Shown here piece by piece: positions 46,585-53,524 of a DNA stretch of 53,524 nucleotides; the first letter of the stretch is position 1, and each line of letters starts with the position of its first letter. Source of the stretch: a virus (Duplodnaviria > Caudoviricetes); IMG/VR virus record IMGVR_UViG_3300038365_000209, positions 1-53,524 of that record; one strand, written 5' to 3'. The notes under the pieces were generated by a model. That model did no database searches. It worked only from the letters and a program-made list of their open reading frames with translations, and had not been told where the DNA came from. Position numbers and translations under genes: made by a program.

Positions 46585-48530
46585 GCCCTCGCCTCCACTC
46601 TCAATTTTTCGTCTGTTTCCGACACATACAGGCGGAACACCTGGGTATCGACCGGCTCGTAGTCCGTCACGCCCTCGGCGTTGTCAATCCAGAGCGGAAC
46701 CGAAATGCCGAGCACGCGGGAAAGCGTGTTGATGATGTCCAGCCCGGCGTTGAGCCTCTCGGAAGTTCCGAGGCCGCCGTTGTATGCCTGCCCGTGAACC
46801 GTGGCCTCGCAGCAGGGCTGAATGCCGCCGTTCATCTGCTCCCCGAACAGCTTCCACTTGACCGTGTGGAAAGCACCGTTGACCTTTCCCTCGATGTCCT
46901 GCGCTTTCTGCATCACGAACCTGTCGGCCAGCGCGAGGCCCTTGTCGTAGGTGGCAAGCAGAAGGGAAAGCTCGGATTCCTTCTTCTTCAGCTCTTCGAT
47001 ACGGAAATCCTGCTGCTCGACAATCTGTTTGTTCAGTGCGCGGCGCTGGATAGAATCAAGTTCTTCGGTGATTCCGGAAAGCTGCTCCTGCAGCATGGCA
47101 ACGTGCTGGGCAGAGGCTTCAGATATAGATTTGAGCTGTACCTGCGCCGCTTCAAGCTTTTTGTTGAGGCCAAAAAATTCATTCGTTTCCTCGAAGGGAG
47201 CCGGGCGGACAATCTGCGCGGTCAGCTTGTCGAGACGAGCCTGCAGGTCGGCAATGGCTTTCTTGTCCTGCTCAGTGGCTTGCTTTTTGGCTGCAAGCTC
47301 AGCCTGCGCCTTTTCGAGGCTATCCTTTTTCTCCGTCGCCTCATGTTCCAGACGGTCAAGCGTCATGGCCTTCCGGTCGTTGAAATCGCCCTGAATCTGT
47401 TTCTGCTTCTCGGGCGGGTATTCCTGCCCACAGGTAGGGCAGATGTTGTTGTCCGGGTCGAATTCCTGCGCATCCGTATCAATCCACTGCTTACGGAGGC
47501 TTTCAATTTCCTTGTTCAGCCGGTCAATCTTCTCGTTCAGGCCGGGAATCGTGATCTTTTCGGTGAAATCGGTCGAGCGTTCCCGCTGTGTGATTTTGCC
47601 GAGAATCTCTGCCCTCTGCGCTTCAATGCCGTTGCTCCCCACCGTGCCGCGGCGGGCGTACTCGGCCCGGGCATCCGCAATCTGCGCCTGAATCTCGGAA
47701 ATCTGGCGGCGGAGGTCGGCTTCCGCTTCTCCATTCCGGACCGCGCTGATCTGGCTCTCCAACTGAATTTTCTGCTTTTGCAGACGGATAATGTCCTTAG
47801 AATCCTGCGGCATTGGCAGGTCGGCGGGCTTTGCTTTCTCGGCCTCGTCGATGCGCCCCGGAATCTCGTCCTTCTCGCGCTGAATCCTCTGCCGCTCATA
47901 CTTGGTCTTTGCCGCGTAGTTACCCACCATATCGCCGCTCACGCTGGTGTCAACATAATGGAGAAGAGGTTGCAGCCCTGCATGAGCTTTGATGATGTCA
48001 AGGTCGTCGATGTCAGGGGCGAAAGACTGAATCAGGAAGTCTCGGCGATCTTTCCATGGCATCTTTCCCGGGAACATATCGGGGTCGGTCAGCATGGCAA
48101 AAGTCTGATCGTCACAGAGACCGGAAACGTAGGCGGTGTAATCCTTTTTCAGCTTCGGCACGCCGTTGATGAAAAACGACGTGGAATTGCTTGTGGCCTT
48201 GCGCTCGGCCTCGCCTTTCTTATGGCTGAAATTCTGTTTGTAGGTGCGCTGGAGGGTAAACTCGTCTTTGCCGTCCTTGCGGAACTTGCCCGTCACGGAG
48301 GCTACAAGGCCCTCAATGATGTTGCCGTTCTCGTCCTCGGGAAGAATGTGCGAATCGGACTTTCCCTTCGTATCGCGCCCGAACAGGAGCCAAAAATAGG
48401 CGTCTGCAAGCGGGGTTTTGCCGACATGGTTCCGGCCATAGATATCCAGTGAACAGCCCTGCGGGGAAAGGGTAAACTTCCGGTAGTTCTTGAAATTTTC
48501 AAGGGTGAGCTCCAAAAGTTCCAGCTTCAT
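46581..48530 (-). CDS. SbcC/Rad50-like AAA ATPase
   Basis: LENFK, IYGRNHVGKT, central CPTCGQ hook in coiled coil, PLWIDNAE. Confidence 0.88.
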   Translation of the reverse strand: MKLELLELTLENFKNYRKFTLSPQGCSLDIYGRNHVGKTPLADAYFWLLFGRDTKGKSDSHILPEDENGNIIEGLVASVTGKFRKDGKDEFTLQRTYKQNFSHKKGEAERKATSNSTSFFINGVPKLKKDYTAYVSGLCDDQTFAMLTDPDMFPGKMPWKDRRDFLIQSFAPDIDDLDIIKAHAGLQPLLHYVDTSVSGDMVGNYAAKTKYERQRIQREKDEIPGRIDEAEKAKPADLPMPQDSKDIIRLQKQKIQLESQISAVRNGEAEADLRRQISEIQAQIADARAEYARRGTVGSNGIEAQRAEILGKITQRERSTDFTEKITIPGLNEKIDRLNKEIESLRKQWIDTDAQEFDPDNNICPTCGQEYPPEKQKQIQGDFNDRKAMTLDRLEHEATEKKDSLEKAQAELAAKKQATEQDKKAIADLQARLDKLTAQIVRPAPFEETNEFFGLNKKLEAAQVQLKSISEASAQHVAMLQEQLSGITEELDSIQRRALNKQIVEQQDFRIEELKKKESELSLLLATYDKGLALADRFVMQKAQDIEGKVNGAFHTVKWKLFGEQMNGGIQPCCEATVHGQAYNGGLGTSERLNAGLDIINTLSRVLGISVPLWIDNAEGVTDYEPVDTQVFRLYVSETDEKLRVEARA

Positions 48531-50537
48531 GTCTCGTTCGCCTCCGCGCATTTAGAGATCAGACCAGAAATAATATTCCATTTCCGATCATCGGAAACAA
48601 ATTGAGAGCTTAATGCCGCAGTCAGCTCGTTCAGCATGAACATCTCCGTCCGGAGATCGAGCGGATGGGCGCTCTTGACTTTTTCGGCATTGGCGGGTAA
48701 ACTATGTTCAGATTCATTTGCTTTGCCGCTTTCGGTGTTGGTAGCGCCGAGGGCGGTTTTCTTTTCTTCAGGATTCATGAGGCGCATCTCCTTTCTGCCC
48801 TTCGGGCTTTTTCTCTCCCAAGCGAAACCCCGCCTCAAAGGCGGTCTGCAAAAGAACCTTCGGGACGCGAAGCTCGCCGTGGATCAGAGCGGAAACAATT
48901 TCAGAGAAGTAATAAAGAATATTTATGCCCTTCCCGCCTATCTCCACTGTAATTACGCCATTGGCTTCTGTCGCCTTGATACCGTGAAATTTGCCGGATT
49001 CAGCGATTTGCTTATTTTCCATGGGGTACTCCTTTCTGCAGCTCATGGCCGCTCAAACGATTAAGATGTACAACCTTTCAAAAGTCGGTCGCAGCGGGCA
49101 TTCCGCGTATACCGTTTCGGCAACTTCCCGACTTTGTGCGGGCATCCCTCCCCTGCGGGGCATCCACGCCGCTTTCCGGTTATGACGCAATACCCGCAGT
49201 TCGTGGACAAAGCATCAATTTTCTGCCGGTAAGCGCAGCCCTTACAATACGGACTCACGGCGATCACTCTCTTTCTTCGCCATTTGCACGGCGTGAATAG
49301 TACGGCGATGGACTGCATAACGCTCCCGTTGCTCGATTTTGCGGGATTGCACGATCCCGGCCCAAAGCATCAAGCAGCCAATTACAGCCGGCGGGACAGT
49401 GTCTTTCAGGCTCGCGCCGCCATCGGAGGCCGCCGCGCTGAAAAATACAGAGAGGAAGCCGAGCACGGCAACGATGCGGCAGAATTTCTTTTTCATGGTT
49501 CACCCCCTTCCAGCTTCAGCGCCCTCAGCGCCGCATCGATTCCGTCGGCGTAATTATCAGCAATAAAATCATACGGATTAGGGACGCGCGCATCGCGGAG
49601 CTTGCGGTGCAGGGCATTTGACGTATCGCGGAGCCGGGCAACGGTGGTCGCGTCCACAAGCAGTCTTTCGTTCATTTTAGAAGATTCCTCCTTTTCCGGC
49701 GCCCTTCTCGGCCGCCTCAATTGCTTCGCTGGGCGTGAGGACCCTGCATAGGATCAAGAGCCGCACCAGCGTTCCTATAATCGCTCCCGCTACATCCGGG
49801 TCCGACGGCAGCCGTGGAATCGCAACCTCGTCGTCATCAACGAAATAATGGATCGTGAAAATCATTTCGTTCGGTTCTCTCCGCCTTACCGGTAGCTCAG
49901 TAATGTTGTTCATAGCCATGCAATCACCGCCCCTAGAAAGAGCGCATAGCCGATATGGGCTGCTATGTGGGCCACCTTGCTCGTCTGCTTGGTGTCATGC
50001 CCGAAAAAATAAGCCAGCCACAAATAAAGGACGAGGGTAACAATCAGCGCTTTCAGAATTGCAAACGTCAGCAATTATAGTCGCCCCTCTCTAAAATCCG
50101 GATCGTGTTCTCGTAGACTCGTTTTGCGGCCTCGTTATCGGTTTTTCCGGCTAAGCTACGGAGCGTCGCAATCATGTTCTGGTTGCGATGCCACTGGGCC
50201 TGGGCTTCCATTTCTTCCAGCACAGCTACGGTCTTTTCACTGTTTGTCATCATAAAAGACACCCTTTCATAAATTTTTAGGTTGCCTTTAGACGTCCTGG
50301 GCTTCAAACCGTCTTCCGAGCCGGCTGTTTGAAAACCACTTTGGAGAGCAATTCTGCCAGCCAATTAATTTGGCTATCAGAAAGTGGGATCCCGCCATCG
50401 GGAAGCCTCTTTCCGTCTGGCCCTTCAACTTCCACCGTTATGTTCGTCGCCATCTCTCCTCCTTCCTCCTAATGGACAATTTTGGTACTCTAAAATCCTT
50501 TGTGCTATAAAAGCAGTTTGATTTTAGAACGTTTGTG

Positions 50538-50747
50538 CTATACTGGAATCTGTAGGATTTCCCGTATGGCACTTTCGAGTTTTTCGCTGTTGAGCTGGCC
50601 GTGCATCAGTTTATAAAGGTTTGAACTATCCACATACATTCCAGTACGCTCTTTAGCCTGTGCAATCAGCCATTCTTGTGTTTGTCCACTCTTGAGCAGC
50701 TTTGTCTTAACCGAAAGGCCAAAGGGTGTAAGCATTCTTTTTCGCAT
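50538..50747 (-). CDS. Cro-like regulator
   Basis: 69-aa HTH-like protein divergent from repressor. Confidence 0.75.
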   Translation of the reverse strand: MRKRMLTPFGLSVKTKLLKSGQTQEWLIAQAKERTGMYVDSSNLYKLMHGQLNSEKLESAIREILQIPV

Positions 50748-50775
50748 AAAATACCCCCTTTTCTACAAAATTGTA

Positions 50776-50903
50776 TTGACAATTACAGATTAATGTAATA
50801 TATTATAGTTGCTACCTCAATAAATTACATTCCTCTGAAATCTGTCTATAGCATATTACATTTCAATGTAATTGTCAATAGCCAGTTTTACATTTTGATG
50901 TAA
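50776..50903. promoter_or_regulatory. Lysis/lysogeny switch: overlapping promoters and four TTACA-N6-TG(T/A)AA operators
   Basis: Operators at 50783, 50825 (imperfect), 50856, 50888; TTGACA 50776 (+) and 50878 (-). Confidence 0.8.
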
Positions 50904-50936
50904 TTTATTGTATCCTACAAAAGGAGCAATAGATTA

Positions 50937-51407
50937 ATGTGCAAGTTATATAAAAGGATCGAAAATATTTGCAAAGAAAACAACACCAATATAACCGCCA
51001 TGTGCAAAGGCGCCGGTATAAGCAGAGCCGCCTTGACAGAACTAAAAATGGGGCGGAATAAAACATTGTCTTATGAAACGTTGAGCAAAATTGCGAATTA
51101 TTTTCATATTTCTGTGGACTATGTAACTGGAAATGAACAAAAAGAAGCGCCCACCCTCACGAAGGAGGACGAGCGCGACATTAAAAATAAAATTGACGAT
51201 ATTTTAGATACCCTTTCCCACCAGGAAGGGCTTATGTTTGATGGGAACCCTTTGACGCCCGAAGCGCTGGAGAGCATCCGTAATGCTATGGAACTTGGGA
51301 TGGCCGCCGCCACAATCAAAAATAAACGGAAAAAGGACAAGAAGGAATCAACGAATGGACGAGCTGAAACTAGCGAAAAGCCTGATAAAAAAGTTCCGGA
51401 CGAATGA
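50937..51407 (+). CDS. CI/ImmR-like XRE repressor
   Basis: ISRAALTELKMG...LSKIANYFHISVDYVTG; LMFDGNPL. Confidence 0.88.
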   Translation: MCKLYKRIENICKENNTNITAMCKGAGISRAALTELKMGRNKTLSYETLSKIANYFHISVDYVTGNEQKEAPTLTKEDERDIKNKIDDILDTLSHQEGLMFDGNPLTPEALESIRNAMELGMAAATIKNKRKKDKKESTNGRAETSEKPDKKVPDE

Positions 51408-51792
51408 TCCTTTTGAAATTTGCGAGTGCTTGGATTATACGGTTTTGTCGGTCCCACTAAGTGGGGTTCGTGGATTTTGCCAACATTATGCGGGCAACAG
51501 CATCGTCTATCTACGGGAGGATTTGCCGGATCACGTTAAGCGATTCGTGTGCGGGCACGAGTTGGGACACGCCATAATGCACACTGGCACAAATGAAATT
51601 TACATGGACACAAGGACGTTTCTAAAAACGAGCATCTATGAGCGCCAGGCGGATAAGTTCTCCGTAAATCTCATATATCCTGATGATGATTACTTTATGG
51701 ATTTTCAGGGATTTTCGATTTCTAAGATTGCCGAATGCCTTGGCCTCGATGAATGGCTCGTTGAGTATAGACTAAAATGCTTGAATAAATAA
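51354..51792 (+). CDS. ImmA/IrrE-family metallopeptidase (antirepressor)
   Basis: TNDPFEIC, HELGHAIMH, ERQADKF; start approximate. Confidence 0.88.
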
Positions 51793-51913
51793 GAAAGCCG
51801 CCCGCTCCGTCTGATCCACGGAACGAGCGGCCACCATCAGCAGGGCTGACAGTACGATAACATCGCAATATTATTATACTGTTTCAGCCTTCTAAAATCA
51901 ATAGGAGGCCGCC

Positions 51914-53524
51914 ATGATTAACGCCGTAATTTACGCCCGCTTTTCCAGTGATATGCAGCGGGAAGAAAGCATCGATGCGCAGGTCAGGGCCTGCAAATAC
52001 TACGCTCAAAATTTTGGGTACAATATCATTCATATTTATGCTGACAAGGCGAAGTCCGGAAGATACATTCGCAAGCGCGATCAATTTCAGAAAATGATTT
52101 TAGACAGCGCAGAAGGACTATTTTCTGCCGTGCTGGTACATAAACTCGACCGTTTCGGCCGCAGTGGAATGGATACGCTGGAAAATCAGAAAATTCTCGA
52201 GCAAAACGGCGTTGAACTGATTAGCGTGAAAGAGCGTCTGGATAAAACGCCGCAAGGGAAGCTGATGCTCTATGTGATTGTCGGCATGAACGAATTTTAT
52301 TCAGCAAATCTCGCCCAAGAGACGATGAAGGGCCTGAAAGAAAACGCCTACAAATGCCTCTATACCGGCGGCATTCCTCCTCTCGGCTATGATGTGAACC
52401 CGGACAAGACCTTCCGCATCAACGAAACAGAGGCGGAAGCAGTAAGACTGATTTTCAAGATGTATGCTGATGGATGCGGATATACGGAAATCCTCCGCGC
52501 ATTATCCGCAGGCGGCTTTAGAACTAAGCGCGGACATGCCTTTGGTTCAAACAGCCTTCACGACCTTCTCACAAATGAAAAATATGCGGGAGTTTATGTT
52601 TTCAATAAGTCGGCGCCCCGTAACGCTCATGGGAAAATGAACCGGCACAAATATAAAAGCGAAGATGAAATCATCAGAATCCCCGGAGGAATACCGGAAA
52701 TTGTTTCTCCCGAGGTTTGGAAGGAGGTGCAAAAGAGATTGAAGGAAAATCAACATAGGGCTGCCAGAAACAAGGCAAAGATTGACTATCTTCTGAGTGG
52801 AAAGATTTTTTGCGGCCTGTGCGGCTCCTCAATGACCGGGGAAGTCAAATATGCGAATGGACATACTTACGCCTATTATCGCTGTGGCAAAGGGCAGCGG
52901 ACGAAAGAATGCACACAGAGAGAAATTCCAAAGGATTTAGTGGAACAAGCCGTAGTTGAACAGATAAACAAAAATATTTTTAGTCCAAAAAGTATTGATG
53001 CGATATGCCACAGAATTTATGCTAGCTTTCAGGAGGATGACGGAAAAGATAAGCTGGCCGCCCTAAAGCGTGAGATCGAAGGAATTGATCGGAAGATTGG
53101 AAATGTGACTCGAGCAATAGCCGAAGGAGTTACCGCCCCGGAACTGAAAGACACATTGGAGGACCTTTCCAGCCAAAAGAAGAAACTTCAAATTAAACTT
53201 TATGAGATGGAATCCGTGCCGGGTGCGAAGAAAAAAACGCTCGAGGAAATTAAAGCAGAGTTTTCGGAAGGCGCGGATTTTGGCAAGCTTCCGTTTGAGC
53301 AGCAAAAAAGAATCATTCAGAAATTTGTCAATCGTGTGATTGTGTACCCGGGCGCGAACGGAGGAGGCTATCGAATACGGGTCATACTTTCTACCGATGA
53401 ATCAGCTGTAGATGAAGCACTTAGTGTTCTGGATATGGAGGGCAACGAGTCCTCTCCGCCACTCAAATCCAAAACAAGATTCTGTTCCTTCCGAACGGAA
53501 TTATGCTTTTGGATTTTTTTTTGA
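51914..53524 (+). CDS. Large serine integrase
   Basis: YARFSS, KLDRFGR, recombinase domain, LLSGKIFCGLCG...YYRC Zn ribbon, coiled coil. Confidence 0.95.
   Translation: MINAVIYARFSSDMQREESIDAQVRACKYYAQNFGYNIIHIYADKAKSGRYIRKRDQFQKMILDSAEGLFSAVLVHKLDRFGRSGMDTLENQKILEQNGVELISVKERLDKTPQGKLMLYVIVGMNEFYSANLAQETMKGLKENAYKCLYTGGIPPLGYDVNPDKTFRINETEAEAVRLIFKMYADGCGYTEILRALSAGGFRTKRGHAFGSNSLHDLLTNEKYAGVYVFNKSAPRNAHGKMNRHKYKSEDEIIRIPGGIPEIVSPEVWKEVQKRLKENQHRAARNKAKIDYLLSGKIFCGLCGSSMTGEVKYANGHTYAYYRCGKGQRTKECTQREIPKDLVEQAVVEQINKNIFSPKSIDAICHRIYASFQEDDGKDKLAALKREIEGIDRKIGNVTRAIAEGVTAPELKDTLEDLSSQKKKLQIKLYEMESVPGAKKKTLEEIKAEFSEGADFGKLPFEQQKRIIQKFVNRVIVYPGANGGGYRIRVILSTDESAVDEALSVLDMEGNESSPPLKSKTRFCSFRTELCFWIFF
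53426..53475. other. Candidate att site inside integrase 3' end
   Basis: Imperfect inverted arms GTTCTGGATATGGAGGGC / GCCACTCAAATCCAAAAC spanning 50 bp. Confidence 0.45.

Larger units (their letters stand above)
1..53524. mobile_element. Temperate siphovirus-like prophage (integration, immunity, replication, packaging, head, tail, lysis modules)
   Basis: Canonical module order: integrase, repressor/cro, DnaB, terS/terL, SPP1-type portal, capsid, tape measure, amidase/holin. The left att boundary is not visible. Confidence 0.95.

Noticed and set aside
46401-48452. 683-aa + strand ORF
   Set aside because: Antisense shadow of the AAA ATPase; no motifs or RBS. The same applies to + ORFs 18736-19983, 44629-45738, 14547-15461 and 6312-7214.

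Overview
The window is essentially one complete temperate siphovirus-type prophage of a Clostridia-like, probably spore-forming Firmicute (host is an inference from the Spo0A-CTD gene, the sigma factor and sigmaA-type promoters). Read right to left on the - strand: large serine integrase and ImmA/ImmR/Cro switch (50.5-53.5 kb), recombination and replication genes (AAA ATPase, RecT-like, MBL nuclease, initiator with iterons, DnaB, MTase, RuvC-like), an ArpU/RinA-like activator, a Com-like Zn finger, terS, a ~6 kb insert, terL, portal, head, tail, lysis, and a left accessory end. Highlights: (1) a cas-less type I-C-like CRISPR mini-array (934-1097) with its own promoter and terminator; (2) a repeated control unit in front of three late modules: sigmaA promoter, tandem TGASSSC boxes, then an intrinsic terminator, with a Com-like Zn finger as candidate antiterminator; (3) an MqsR/MqsA/SecB toxin-antitoxin-chaperone operon, a second serine recombinase and an opposite-strand small-gene island separating terS from terL; (4) a type I toxin-antitoxin locus absent from the ORF track; (5) phased GGCT and GTCCTGCAA repeat arrays; (6) Spo0A-CTD and sigma factor genes; (7) two point lesions (an ACG start and an in-frame TAG). 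Family calls come from motif recognition by eye; no database searches were run.
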